A DNA stretch of 37,622 nt from Gemmatimonadota bacterium (lineage in GTDB: Bacteria; Gemmatimonadota; Gemmatimonadetes; Palauibacterales; Palauibacteraceae): contig JBDHAC010000057.1 in the NCBI GenBank assembly GCA_039588275.1, positions 1 to 37,622 on the forward strand, given 5' to 3'. Made by a program: the position numbers and the translations under genes. The notes under the pieces are model-generated. The model made no database searches and had not been told where the DNA came from. It worked only from the letters and a program-made list of their open reading frames with translations. Each line of letters starts with the position of its first letter. Position 1 is the first letter of the stretch. Shown piece after piece: positions 1 to 9,427 of this stretch.

Positions 1-450
1 GGTCCGGTCACGGGTGAGTTCCTGACGTTCCAGTTCCAGAACGTGTCCGAGGCTCGCGTGCGGGGACTGGATCTGGGCGTTCGCGTGGGGATCGTCCCGG
101 AGCAGCTGAACCTGGGAGTCAACTACCTGTTTCTCGATACCAAGGACAAGCGGGTCGACCTGCCACTCCCGTATCGCTCGGACCACAATCTGACCGCGAC
201 GCTCTCGGGGTGGCGCGACCGGCTCGGGCTGGATGTGCGCTTCCGGAGCGAGGTCGATCAGGTACTGGCGTTCCCTCTGGACGAGCGGAGCTCGATCACG
301 GTCGTGGACCTCCGCTTCGGCCAGGAGATCCTCGGAGTTGATGTCCGAGCAAAGATCTCGAACCTGTTTCAAAATGACTATGTGGATGTGCAAGAGCGGA
401 CCCCGGGGGAAACGCGCAGCTTCCTCTTGATGGTGGTCCCGCGCTTCTAG
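1..450 (+). CDS. TonB-dependent receptor, C-terminal beta-barrel fragment (5' truncated by window edge)
   Basis: Frame is open from base 1 (GPVTGEFLTFQFQNVSEARVRGLDL...). Barrel motifs 'NYLFLDTKD', 'LPYRSDH' and 'ISNLFQNDY', plus terminal Phe (…VVPRF). Confidence 0.85.
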   Translation, partial: GPVTGEFLTFQFQNVSEARVRGLDLGVRVGIVPEQLNLGVNYLFLDTKDKRVDLPLPYRSDHNLTATLSGWRDRLGLDVRFRSEVDQVLAFPLDERSSITVVDLRFGQEILGVDVRAKISNLFQNDYVDVQERTPGETRSFLLMVVPRF

Positions 451-485
451 CAGGTCGCCGGAGTGCTTCAGCGATCGGCCTGATC

Positions 486-1442
486 ATGCCCCGCGTGGGT
501 CGGGCGAACCCGGAAGAGCCCGCGCCGCGCCACGATGTAGCGATGGACCCCGCGTATACGGATCAGCTCGAGACGATCGCCGCACGACTCCCGGAGGAGC
601 CGTGCGCGGTGGGCCTGATCACCGTACCCGATGCCGACTGGGCGCTGGCCGCCGCCGGTGACTTCGCAGCCACGGTGAGTCGCGCCCGCAGGGGACACAC
701 CATCCTCGTCAGTCTGGCTTCGGATCGCCCCGACCTGGATCACGAGCTGGGGGCCGAGTCGGAGCTTGGCCTGACAGATGTCCTGAAAGGTGCCGCTTCG
801 ATGAAGAGCGTGGCGGCTCGCAGCCGTGGCCGTGGCTACATCTACCTACCTCAGGGACCCTCGCCTGTGTGGGGACGTCCGGTCCTGGAGTCTCGGGCGT
901 GGCGGAGAATCCGGGAGTCGGCCCTGGCACGCGGGGCGACACTGCTGGTTCTCCTGCAGCCGGACTCCCTGGATCTCGATCTCGACCTCGGCTTGTCCGG
1001 ACTCGTTCTGTTCGGCGTGTCGTCCGAGGTGGCGACTAGGGAGGGTGGCCCTTCACGCCCGTTGGTGTTGGGTGCGCTCCAGCCGCCCGCGGCTCCGGCC
1101 ACACCGGACTCTGCGGTCGCCGTCGCCCCCTCACCCCGCTGGAGTCGTCGTCCGCGCTCGGCGCGGGCCTCGACCATGCCTTCGCTGCGCCGCCGCGCGT
1201 CGATCAGATCGAAGGGGGACCAGGACGACGCCGGGCAGACCGGCGGACGTCGGCTGCGAGCCTCGCTGATCGTGGTGTTCGTGGTCGCCGCGCTGGTAGC
1301 CTTGATCGCGCTGGTGGCAGCGGCAACGACCGGTGCCGGCGACCGCGTGCCGTTCCTCGAGCAGAACGACTCCCTGTGGCAAAGACCCGTGCCACCCTCC
1401 CCCGCCGGCGACTCGACGCCCGAAGGTGCCGACGAAATGTAA
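486..1442 (+). CDS. Membrane-anchored protein with degenerate MinD/CpsD-CapB-like domain
   Basis: 'ILVSLASDRPDLDHELGAESELGLTDVL...YIYLPQG' resembles the CpsD/MinD 'D.D.R.P.L...GLsDvL...vlPaG' region, but there is no Walker A GKT/S. Followed by a Pro/Arg-rich linker and one TM helix (LIVVFVVAALVALIALVAAA). Confidence 0.55.
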   Translation: MPRVGRANPEEPAPRHDVAMDPAYTDQLETIAARLPEEPCAVGLITVPDADWALAAAGDFAATVSRARRGHTILVSLASDRPDLDHELGAESELGLTDVLKGAASMKSVAARSRGRGYIYLPQGPSPVWGRPVLESRAWRRIRESALARGATLLVLLQPDSLDLDLDLGLSGLVLFGVSSEVATREGGPSRPLVLGALQPPAAPATPDSAVAVAPSPRWSRRPRSARASTMPSLRRRASIRSKGDQDDAGQTGGRRLRASLIVVFVVAALVALIALVAAATTGAGDRVPFLEQNDSLWQRPVPPSPAGDSTPEGADEM

Positions 1443-1588
1443 CGAGATGTAAGATTCCGGCCTCTCGCGGCATCTAGGAAACAGATGGGACGTACCGATT
1501 CTCGAACCGCCGTCCATCCGGGACGGCTGGCGGGCCCGGCTCGCGGGAATGGAGCGGGGAAGGTAAGGGAGCCAGGAGCGTGCGCCGC

Positions 1589-1987
1589 ATGACCGAGCCG
1601 ATCCTCAAGACCGAGGCCAGCGCGAGACAGCGCGCGAACTTCCTCGAGGCCGGGCTGGAAACCGAAGCCGGTCTCGAAGAGGCGATCCGGTTGTTGACAT
1701 TGCGGCGGGGGCAGGAGCGGGATGCGGAGGATCGCCGCCGCCTACGGTCGCAGCTGCTGGAGATCGAGGCGGAACGAGAGAAGGTGCACGCCGATCTGAT
1801 CAGCTTCCTCTCGGAGACCTTCCGCTTCACACCGCCCAGCGTGTCCGAGGTCAACGAGATCAAGGGCGCCACCCGCGTGCTGTACAGCATGGTCGCGAAC
1901 AACGTGTCGATCGATCATATCATGGACGCGGCCGACAAGGTCCTGAACAGATGGAGCCGACATCGAGCGCTGCCCCTGAGCGCGTAA
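1589..1987 (+). CDS. Hypothetical alpha-helical/coiled-coil protein (132 aa)
   Basis: AGGAG at 1575-1579 lies 9 nt before ATG 1589. High-GC3 codon usage, charged helical sequence, and a large hairpin follows. No family recognised. Confidence 0.7.
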   Translation: MTEPILKTEASARQRANFLEAGLETEAGLEEAIRLLTLRRGQERDAEDRRRLRSQLLEIEAEREKVHADLISFLSETFRFTPPSVSEVNEIKGATRVLYSMVANNVSIDHIMDAADKVLNRWSRHRALPLSA

Positions 1988-1990
1988 TCT

Positions 1991-2079
1991 AAAAGGTGCC
2001 GGCCGGTCGCATTTCCCACCGGATCGCTCCGCTTACCCATGCGTACCAAGCGAGCGACGCGCCGGCCGGCACCCCTTTT
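1991..2079. terminator. Large nested hairpin with A/T tracts on both sides; probable bidirectional terminator or structured RNA
   Basis: Outer arms AAAAGGTGCCGGCCGG (1991-2006) and CCGGCCGGCACCCCTTTT (2062-2079), with an inner stem TCGCTCCGCTT/AAGCGAGCGA. Lies between convergent genes. Confidence 0.6.
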
Positions 2080-2170
2080 CAGGACCTGACCTCACGATAA
2101 TCCCGTTGACAGCGCTATGTCGAGGGACCCGGTGCCCTCCGGCGCCAGAGGTCCCGAGTCTTCGCCCGGC

Positions 2171-2980
2171 CTAGTAGAGCTCGAGCCCGATCGCCTGTGC
2201 CTCGGGGTCGGCGACTCTCTCCGCAGCGAGCTGTACGACCGCGATGAACTTGGGGACGTACGCACGGGTCTCGGGAGGGAGGTGTTTACCCTCGACCAGG
2301 GTCCAGTAGTCATCGGCCCCGGTCGAATCGAGGGCCCGGCGCACCCGCGCAGGGCCAGCGTTGTAGGCGGCCGCGGCGAGCTCCCACGATCCGAAGTCGT
2401 CAAACAGATCGCGCAGATATCGGCCCGCCGCCGAGGTCGCGAGCCGCTCGTCCGTGCGATCGTCCGTTCCCTCCTCGATCTGAAGCCCGTACTGGCGACC
2501 TGTGCTTCGCGTGAACTGCCACAGACCGACTGCGTCGGCCGAGCTGCGAGCTTCGGAGTCCCACCCGCTTTCGATCAGCGCCAGGTATAGAAAGCCCGGC
2601 GGGACGTCGTGCTCCTTCAGGATGGGCAGCAGCTCATCCATCCACGGATCGGGCCGGGAAAGGTAGGCTTCGAGGAGTCGCGGGGGCGTTCGCAGGAGCC
2701 GGTCCCGCCACTCCATGACGTGAACGCCGGCCAGGTCGAGCTGGAAGTGCCGCCCGATCGCGGGTGTCTCACACGACCCGGCTGCCGGCCCGGCTCCCCC
2801 GACCATGCCCCACCCCTGCTGATTCCAGGTGACGGAACGCAGCTGAGACCCGAACGTGCCCGCGCCACCGACCACCAGGATAAGAACGAGCAGACCGAGC
2901 GTGCTCGGTCTGACCACGTCGCTGCGAACGTGGACCCGAAGACGCCGTAAGCGTCTTGAACGACAACATCTTATATGCAC
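2171..2980 (-). CDS. Lytic transglycosylase, SLT/MltD-like, N-terminal membrane anchor, no LysM
   Basis: Catalytic motifs 'LALIESG', 'AVGLWQF', 'AAAYNAG' and 'ETRAYVPK'. Hydrophobic N-terminal segment. Start is uncertain (GTG 2980 follows GGAGG). Confidence 0.9.
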   Translation of the reverse strand: MHIRCCRSRRLRRLRVHVRSDVVRPSTLGLLVLILVVGGAGTFGSQLRSVTWNQQGWGMVGGAGPAAGSCETPAIGRHFQLDLAGVHVMEWRDRLLRTPPRLLEAYLSRPDPWMDELLPILKEHDVPPGFLYLALIESGWDSEARSSADAVGLWQFTRSTGRQYGLQIEEGTDDRTDERLATSAAGRYLRDLFDDFGSWELAAAAYNAGPARVRRALDSTGADDYWTLVEGKHLPPETRAYVPKFIAVVQLAAERVADPEAQAIGLELY

Positions 2981-3284
2981 GACCACCTCCCCGCTTCCTC
3001 TCTCCCCGGTCCGACCGGCGAGGACGCCGTGGACCGAGGCTCACTCAGGTATGCAGGAAGCCGGCACTCGAGCGTGCCAAGTCGTACAAGTGACAATGCG
3101 GCAGCATCTTACAGGCTCGCAGATGCCATGGCTGCGCAATCACGTGTGGCAGGCGTCCGACCACTTCGCGCCGCCGGACGATCACGAATCGACGGACTCG
3201 TGCCGGGACGTGGGTGTCAGGGAAGCCCTTACGCGACACGCGCCGAGGGGAGGTCTGGGTGTCGCGTCGTTGCCGCGGGGCCGC

Positions 3285-3851
3285 TCACGGCCTGAGGATG
3301 CTGGCATACCGGGCCTCCAGACCGTCGTGTATCTGAAGGGCGATGTTGAGTTGACCCAGAAGCTCGGCGACGAGCGCAGGCTCGTCGTCGGCGATGCCGA
3401 TCCCGCCCATGATCCGGAGAATCTCCTGGAAGACCCCCTCGTACATCTCCTGCGTCTCGTAAGCCCTCGCCGCCGCTATGAGCCAGTCGAGATCCAGATA
3501 CGTGGCTGCCTCGATCGTCTGCGCTGTCCGCCAAGCGGCCGAGGAGAACTCGGGTAGGGCAAAGTCGACCGTGAGCGGCGGGCCGCGTGTGTCCAGGACC
3601 TGGAGAGCTGCGGCGAGCGTGTCGCGGGCCGCTGCCAGACCGTCTCGGGTGGAGCGAAGCTCACCCTGGTTTGCTGTCAGCTCCGCCATCACGCTGCTTC
3701 GCGCCCGCTCCGCCAGCTCCAGAAACTGGCGTTTCTCTCGCCACTCGTCGACAGCGAGGGCCACGAGGACCGCGAAGATGACCATGAGGCCTTCCAACGC
3801 CAGCCTGGACACCTTCGCCCGAAACCCACGGCCCGGGGCGGGTTCGCTCAA
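3285..3851 (-). CDS. Hypothetical membrane-anchored helical protein
   Basis: TTG start overlaps the upstream TGA (TTGA, 3848-3851). 'EGLMVIFAVLVALAVDEWRE' anchor is followed by a coiled coil ('ELTANQGEL'). Confidence 0.75.
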   Translation of the reverse strand: MSEPAPGRGFRAKVSRLALEGLMVIFAVLVALAVDEWREKRQFLELAERARSSVMAELTANQGELRSTRDGLAAARDTLAAALQVLDTRGPPLTVDFALPEFSSAAWRTAQTIEAATYLDLDWLIAAARAYETQEMYEGVFQEILRIMGGIGIADDEPALVAELLGQLNIALQIHDGLEARYASILRP

Positions 3852-4267
3852 GGCTGTTCGGTCGCGGACCGCACGCGGGCCGTCGAGGATGCCGCCCACT
3901 CGCTTCGGAGGATCACCGAGAGCATGCCGACCCCACCGAGGATGCCCACGAGCACCCGGGTCCACAGGCTGGCGAGAAGCACGATCGCCAGCACTGCGCT
4001 CGCCAGGATGATCAGCAAGATTCGCGAGGCCAATCGCCTCGGCAGCCTGCGTCCGTCCAGATACGGGAGGAACGGCTGGGTCCATGACCGAGACCGAAGC
4101 CAGGTCTCCATCGCTGGACAGCTCCGAGCGAAGGCGAAACAGGCGACGATCAGGAAGATCGTCGTCGGGAGCCCGGGCACGAACACTCCTATCGCGCCCA
4201 ACACGACGAAGAAGACGCCCAGCACCGTCAGCGCCCAGCGACCGACTCGGGTCTTAGGACGCCACAT
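3848..4267 (-). CDS. ybaN: YbaN/DUF454 family inner-membrane protein
   Basis: Signature 'LGAIGVFVPGLPTTIFLIVACFAFARS' and further TM helices. Confidence 0.85.
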   Translation of the reverse strand: MWRPKTRVGRWALTVLGVFFVVLGAIGVFVPGLPTTIFLIVACFAFARSCPAMETWLRSRSWTQPFLPYLDGRRLPRRLASRILLIILASAVLAIVLLASLWTRVLVGILGGVGMLSVILRSEWAASSTARVRSATEQP

Positions 4268-4491
4268 CGCGCGCACCTTCTGGGTCACCTCGTGTCTCCG
4301 TCCGCAAGTCACCTGCGCCGCCGCCGTCGTGAGCGTCTAAGCTCGGGCTTTCTGGCCTTCTCTTCAAGCGACCGACTCGTGGGGCTTGCCCATCATCGGG
4401 GGGGTTCGATCAGTTACGCGAAGGTCTCCGCGCCCCTCAGCACCTGGTCGCGTGAATGCCTGCTCTTCGAGGCCCTCTGGAGGTTCGAGCG

Positions 4492-7400
4492 ATGAGAGTG
4501 GCTGCCTGCTCCCCCAACGCCGCCGCCCGAGCGCTGTTCATCGTCCTGTTGTGCGTCCCGGCTGTGAGAGAGACGGTCGCCGCCCAGGGAGTTACGACGG
4601 CGGCCTTGCGAGGCCGTGTCGTAGACACGCGTGGCAACCCCGTACCTGAGGCGCAGGTGTCCCTCGCTCACCGCCCGAGCGGATTCATAGCGCGAGCCGA
4701 GACCGACCGCGATGGCCGATACTACCTGCCGAATCTACGGCCCGGCGACGGATACTCCCTGACCGTGAGCCGCCTCGGCTTCGCGACCGTGACCCGCGAC
4801 GGTCTGAGCTTGCGCATCGGGCAGGTCGTGGTCGCGGACGTCGTCGTGCGGACCGAGGCCGTCCCTGTCCCGGAGCTCGAGGTCACGGTCCGGGGAGATC
4901 CGGTCTTCGACCCCTCGCGCATCGGGATCACGACGCGCGTCGACGAGCGTACCCTCGAGAGCCTACCGACGCTCTCCCGCAACTTCGTCGATTTCGTGAC
5001 GCTGTCGCCCCACGTGCGATCCTCGGAGACCGGGATATCGGTCGCCGGCTCGAACGTCTTCTTCAACAACGTCCAGGTCGACGGCGCGCTCAACCAGGAC
5101 GTGTTCGGCCTATCCCCGAACGGAGTCGCCGGCGGACGCGCGAACGGCCGGATCATCCCGCTCGATGCGATCGAGCAGCTCGAGGTGCTGGTCTCTCCGT
5201 ACGACGTACGCCAGTCCGGCTTCACCGGAGGCGTCCTGAACGCGGTGACCAAGTCGGGCACGAACGAGTTGGCGGGATCCACCTTCGCCTTCCTTCGAGA
5301 CGAGATGCTGATCGGTGGTCTAGCCATCCAGGACGTACCACCCCGGCCGGATGAGTTCACCGATCTGTACGCGGGCTTCTCGCTCGGCGGTCCGATCGCC
5401 AAAGACAGGGCGCACTTCTTCCTGGCGGGAGAATGGGAACGGCTCCGAAAGCCACCGGACGGTTTTCACGTGGGTGAGAGCGATCCCCTGCGGACTGGCC
5501 TGAGCCCCGATTCCGTGGCGCGATTCGAGGCGATCATGCGAAACCTGGGGGCAGACCCCGGGCTCGCGTCGTCGTACACGCTGGACAACACGATCGCGAA
5601 CGCGTTCGCGAGGGTCGACTGGATGCTGAGCGATCGGCACAAGGCGGTCTTCCGGTACAGCTTCGCGACGGCCGACGATGACGTGCCCGGCAACCGGCTG
5701 CCGGGGGACGCGTACGAGATGTCCAACGTGGGGACGCGGATCGAGACCCAGTCGCACTCGGCCGTCGCGCAGCTCTTCTCGACGATCAGCGATCGATTCT
5801 CGAACGAGCTGTTCGCCAACGTCCAGCTCTCCGACGATATGGAGCGCGGGAACGCCGACTATCCGCGTGTGGAGGTCCAGATGGCGGGCGCCCTCGGCGG
5901 TGCGGATCAGGTGACGCGGCGTCTGCGCGCTGGCTCGAATCTGTTCGGAGATTCGAAGCTGGAGCAAAGTATCGTCGAGATCTCGGACAACCTCCGGTAC
6001 GCCACGGGCGCTCACCAGCTTCTCGGTGGGGTATCGTTACGGCGCTTCGGGATCCGTCGAACTTTCCTCCCCGTGTCACGCGGGGCGTACCGGTTCGCGA
6101 GTCTGGCGGACTTCGAGGCGAACCTGCCGGAGAGTTACGATGTGACCGTGCCCCTGCGGGAGGACGCGGCGCTCGCGGACTTCAGCGTGATCGAGCTGGC
6201 CGCCTACCTGCAGGACGAGTGGCGCCTCAGCGAACGGCTGAACATCCGCCTCGGCGTCCGCATCGATGCGCCGTTCATCCCGGGCAGCCCCACCGAGAAC
6301 CCCGCGGTCGAGGAGGATTTCGGGATCCGAACCTCGGAGCTGCCGAGCGGGAACCTGTTGATCTCGCCCCGCGCCGGCTTCAACTGGCGTCTCTCACCCG
6401 ATGGCGGCACTCAGATCAGGGGTGGAGCGGGCCTGTTCACGGGACGACCGGCCTTCGCCTGGCTCGCGAACGCCTTTCAGAACACGGGGCTGGATGCGGT
6501 GTCGGTGCTGTGCGAGGGTGCCCCGGCCCCCGCCTTCGACCCGACGGCGCCACCTCCGACGACGTGCAGCGACGGCAGCGGTCCGGAGGGTGGGGAGCGG
6601 ACGGTCAACGTGTACGACTCGGGGTTCCGCTTCCCGCAGGACTTCCGCACCTCCCTCGCGATCGATCAAAGACTGCCGTTCGGCTTCGTGGGCTCGCTGA
6701 GCTGGGTGTACTCGAAGGCGGTGCACCAGATCGTTCTGCGCGACATCAACGGCGGGATCAACTACAGCCCGCTCAGCATCGCGAACGGGTTCACGGACGG
6801 GTTCGGGTACGTGTTCCGGGAGGCCTTCGGCGCACCGACCGTCCAGGGCTTCGATCCGATCAGGCTGTCCGGTCGCTTCGGACCCGTGCTCGAGATCGGG
6901 AACGCGTCGGAGAGCTTTGCGTACGGGCTGAGCGCCGAGCTCGCGAAGAGCACCGACGATGTCGCGTTTCGAGCCGGATACTCGTTCACGCGATCCGGCG
7001 ATACCCAGAGCCTCATCACGCTCGACGCGAACACGAACTTCGGGTTCAATCCGATCGAGAGTCATCCGAACAGTCCCAAGCGACAGCCGTCACTGTTCGA
7101 TCGGCCCCACAAGGTCGTCGCCAGTGCCACGGCGCGCATGCTGGAGCACCTCGGAGGGACCGAGATCACGCTGCTCTACATCGGCCAGTCGGGCGCGCCC
7201 TATTCGTACGTCTACCAGGGAGACGTGAACGGGGATGGCTTCCCGGGACCCGGCCGGGCGAGGGACCTCAACAACGATCTCATCTACGTGCCCGAGCTGA
7301 TCTCCCAGTTTCCGGGCTTCATCAGCAGCGCGATCAGCTTCCAGACCCTCGTGGACATCGAGGAGTGCCTGCAGCGGAACGTGGTTCGCATCCTGCACCG

Positions 7401-7761
7401 GAACGCGTGTCGCACGCCGTGGTCGAACGAGCTCGATCTGAGGTTCAGTCAGACGATTCGGGCGGGCAGTACACGGGTCCAGGTCGTGTTCGACGTGCTG
7501 AACCTGCTGAATCTCCTGAACGACGACTGGGGACACGTGCTCACCGTGAACCCGATCGTGCCGATGCTGCGGGTGGATCGGCACGGTGCGAACGATCCGT
7601 TGAGCACGGAGATCGGCATCCTGCGCGCCTTCTACACCGGTCCCCGCGCCGTGGAAGGAGATGGGTCGCTCAAGGCCGCTCAACCGACCGTCGTTTCGGT
7701 GCCGACCTCGCAGTGGCAGGCGCAGCTCGGCGTCCGCGTCACGTTCGGACCAGGGCGCTAG
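4492..7761 (+). CDS. Oar-like TonB-dependent receptor with N-terminal carboxypeptidase-regulatory-like domain
   Basis: GGAGG RBS and signal peptide 'AQGVTTAALRGRV'. Plug 'LPTLSRNF...DVRQSGFTGGVLNAVTKSGTN', barrel 'YLQDEW', 'SPRAGFNW' and C-terminal 'QAQLGVRVTF'. Confidence 0.92.
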   Translation: MRVAACSPNAAARALFIVLLCVPAVRETVAAQGVTTAALRGRVVDTRGNPVPEAQVSLAHRPSGFIARAETDRDGRYYLPNLRPGDGYSLTVSRLGFATVTRDGLSLRIGQVVVADVVVRTEAVPVPELEVTVRGDPVFDPSRIGITTRVDERTLESLPTLSRNFVDFVTLSPHVRSSETGISVAGSNVFFNNVQVDGALNQDVFGLSPNGVAGGRANGRIIPLDAIEQLEVLVSPYDVRQSGFTGGVLNAVTKSGTNELAGSTFAFLRDEMLIGGLAIQDVPPRPDEFTDLYAGFSLGGPIAKDRAHFFLAGEWERLRKPPDGFHVGESDPLRTGLSPDSVARFEAIMRNLGADPGLASSYTLDNTIANAFARVDWMLSDRHKAVFRYSFATADDDVPGNRLPGDAYEMSNVGTRIETQSHSAVAQLFSTISDRFSNELFANVQLSDDMERGNADYPRVEVQMAGALGGADQVTRRLRAGSNLFGDSKLEQSIVEISDNLRYATGAHQLLGGVSLRRFGIRRTFLPVSRGAYRFASLADFEANLPESYDVTVPLREDAALADFSVIELAAYLQDEWRLSERLNIRLGVRIDAPFIPGSPTENPAVEEDFGIRTSELPSGNLLISPRAGFNWRLSPDGGTQIRGGAGLFTGRPAFAWLANAFQNTGLDAVSVLCEGAPAPAFDPTAPPPTTCSDGSGPEGGERTVNVYDSGFRFPQDFRTSLAIDQRLPFGFVGSLSWVYSKAVHQIVLRDINGGINYSPLSIANGFTDGFGYVFREAFGAPTVQGFDPIRLSGRFGPVLEIGNASESFAYGLSAELAKSTDDVAFRAGYSFTRSGDTQSLITLDANTNFGFNPIESHPNSPKRQPSLFDRPHKVVASATARMLEHLGGTEITLLYIGQSGAPYSYVYQGDVNGDGFPGPGRARDLNNDLIYVPELISQFPGFISSAISFQTLVDIEECLQRNVVRILHRNACRTPWSNELDLRFSQTIRAGSTRVQVVFDVLNLLNLLNDDWGHVLTVNPIVPMLRVDRHGANDPLSTEIGILRAFYTGPRAVEGDGSLKAAQPTVVSVPTSQWQAQLGVRVTFGPGR

Positions 7762-7769
7762 TCGGGCAC

Positions 7770-7827
7770 CGCCAGCTGTCTCGCCGCGGCGTCGGTCTCG
7801 CCAGCTGTCTCGCTGCGGCGTCGGTCT
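7770..7827. repeat. 2 x 29-bp tandem direct repeat in convergent intergenic gap
   Basis: CGCCAGCTGTCTCGC(C/T)GCGGCGTCGGTCT at 7770-7798 and 7799-7827, one mismatch. Confidence 0.9.
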
Positions 7828-7860
7828 CCCTGCCGCGCGAGTTTCGCTTCCGTCTCAGTC

Positions 7861-8994
7861 TCACTGCGGGGTCGCCGCCGCAACCACCCTGCGCACCGCG
7901 TCGGTCGCCACCCGCCGAGCCTGCCGGCCATCGAAGTCGTTGGATCCTCTCCAGTGCGCCGCCGCCACGACAACGAGCTGTCGATCGGGCACGACCCACA
8001 CGAACTGCCCGCCGAACCCCCACATGACGAACGCGCGCACACCGGCGCCGCCGCCGGAACCGTCGGTCCAGGTCTGATACCCGTAGCCGCCATCCGTGAG
8101 GACCCCGGCGATGCCTCCGAGCGGGACCTGAGTCAGCGTCTGGGCGTCGACCCAGCCCGCCGAAACGATCTGGTCGCTCCCGGAACGTCCCCCCTGCAGG
8201 AGCAGTTGACCGATCTTGGCCGCGTCGGTGGGAAGCAACGCCAGCGCCGCGCCCCCGGCCGGAACGCCATCCTGCATGAGAGGCCACCGGAAGTTCGTGA
8301 TCCCCAGGGGCTCGAACAGGCGCTGTCGGGCGAAGTCGAGCGTGTTGATGCCCGTCGCGCTGCCGACGATCACCGCCAGGAGGTGTGACCCACCGGTGTT
8401 GTACATGAACATCTCGCCGGGTGAGGCCAGGACCTCCTGGTCGAGCACGTACCCGACCGGTCTCCCCGAAAGCACCCACGGATTGAAGTCGGCGGCGTCG
8501 GACCATCGCATCCCGCTGGTCATGGTCAGCAGGTGTCGGATCCGAATCGGCTCGTGCTCGGTCCGCATGGCGTCATCCTGCAGCCACGAGACGATCGGAT
8601 CGTCGATGTCCAACAGGCCTTGATCCGCTGCGATCCCCACGAGCAGCGCGGTGACGGTCTTGGTCACCGATCGAAGGTCGAGCGCGGTGTCTGGCCGGGC
8701 GTCCCCGAAGTAGGCCTCTCGCACCAGCCGCCCGTTACGGACGACCACCAGCGCCCGGATGTTCTGGACATTCGCCGCGTCATCGAACGCCCGGTCGAGC
8801 GCGACCGCATCGAATCCCTCGTTCGCGGCGGAAGACTGGCTCCACGCACCGGAAAGGTCGACGGGCGGCGGAATGGGGTCCGGCCCGGACGACGTCGGCG
8901 GCGCGGTGGACGCGTCGCTGCACGCGACGGCCAGCGCGAGGGCCAGGACGCGCACAGGCAGCTTTCGATTCAGCCGTTGGATGAACGCCGACAT
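7861..8994 (-). CDS. Serine hydrolase, class C beta-lactamase/NylB-like fold, lipoprotein
   Basis: SxxK 'RSVTKT', 'LLTMTSG', 'FMYN', 'YGYQTW' and 'GFGGQ'. Lipobox 'LAVAC' plus Pro-rich linker. Confidence 0.9.
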   Translation of the reverse strand: MSAFIQRLNRKLPVRVLALALAVACSDASTAPPTSSGPDPIPPPVDLSGAWSQSSAANEGFDAVALDRAFDDAANVQNIRALVVVRNGRLVREAYFGDARPDTALDLRSVTKTVTALLVGIAADQGLLDIDDPIVSWLQDDAMRTEHEPIRIRHLLTMTSGMRWSDAADFNPWVLSGRPVGYVLDQEVLASPGEMFMYNTGGSHLLAVIVGSATGINTLDFARQRLFEPLGITNFRWPLMQDGVPAGGAALALLPTDAAKIGQLLLQGGRSGSDQIVSAGWVDAQTLTQVPLGGIAGVLTDGGYGYQTWTDGSGGGAGVRAFVMWGFGGQFVWVVPDRQLVVVAAAHWRGSNDFDGRQARRVATDAVRRVVAAATPQ

Positions 8995-9100
8995 GTCGTT
9001 CCGCCGGATTGGAAGCTCGTCCGCTTACCTGGTGATCAACACCCGTGTTGCCGGGGAGTTCACGCGGTCTGGGGCGAGCGGGGCTTTCGCCAATGGCTTC

Positions 9101-9427
9101 CTAGGGGGTGTGGGGGGCCTCTCCCTGGCCAGCTTCCGGTCCACGGGCCATCTGCGATGTGTTGTCGGCAATTCGGAATAGAACGATCGCCAGCTCGAGA
9201 TAGATGCGGAGGACGATCACGGCCGCGATGAACCCGATCGGCGTGAAGACCAGGGTCGTGATTCCGTAGGTAAAGCCGGCCCTGAATCCCGCTGAGATGA
9301 TCACCAGCCCGTATCCGCCGAGAAGCACCATGCCTAGCCCGTAGATGACCTTGATCAGCTTCTGCGTGATGAAGGTGCCGAACGAAAAGTCGAACAGCCC
9401 CTGGAGGAAGCTCTGCGTCTGGCTCAC
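9101..9427 (-). CDS. DUF4282 family small membrane protein
   Basis: 'LFDFSFGTFITQKLIKVIY...LRIYLELAIVLFRIADNT'. AAGGAG RBS before GTG 9427. Confidence 0.85.
   Translation of the reverse strand: MSQTQSFLQGLFDFSFGTFITQKLIKVIYGLGMVLLGGYGLVIISAGFRAGFTYGITTLVFTPIGFIAAVIVLRIYLELAIVLFRIADNTSQMARGPEAGQGEAPHTP

Noticed and set aside
2107..2135. TTGACA as a promoter for ORF 2117-2590
   Set aside because: No -10 at suitable spacing, and the ORF is antisense to the transglycosylase.
3063..3080. Sigma54 promoter-like TTGGCACGCTCGAGTGC on the minus strand
   Set aside because: GG-to-GC spacing is 11 nt rather than the required 10.
7770..7827. 29-bp repeats as a mini-CRISPR
   Set aside because: Copies are directly adjacent with no spacer, and there are no cas genes in the window.
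7861..8994. Bona fide AmpC beta-lactam resistance gene
   Set aside because: Lacks the KTG triad (has MWGFGGQ) and resembles NylB/esterase-type serine hydrolases. Resistance cannot be claimed.
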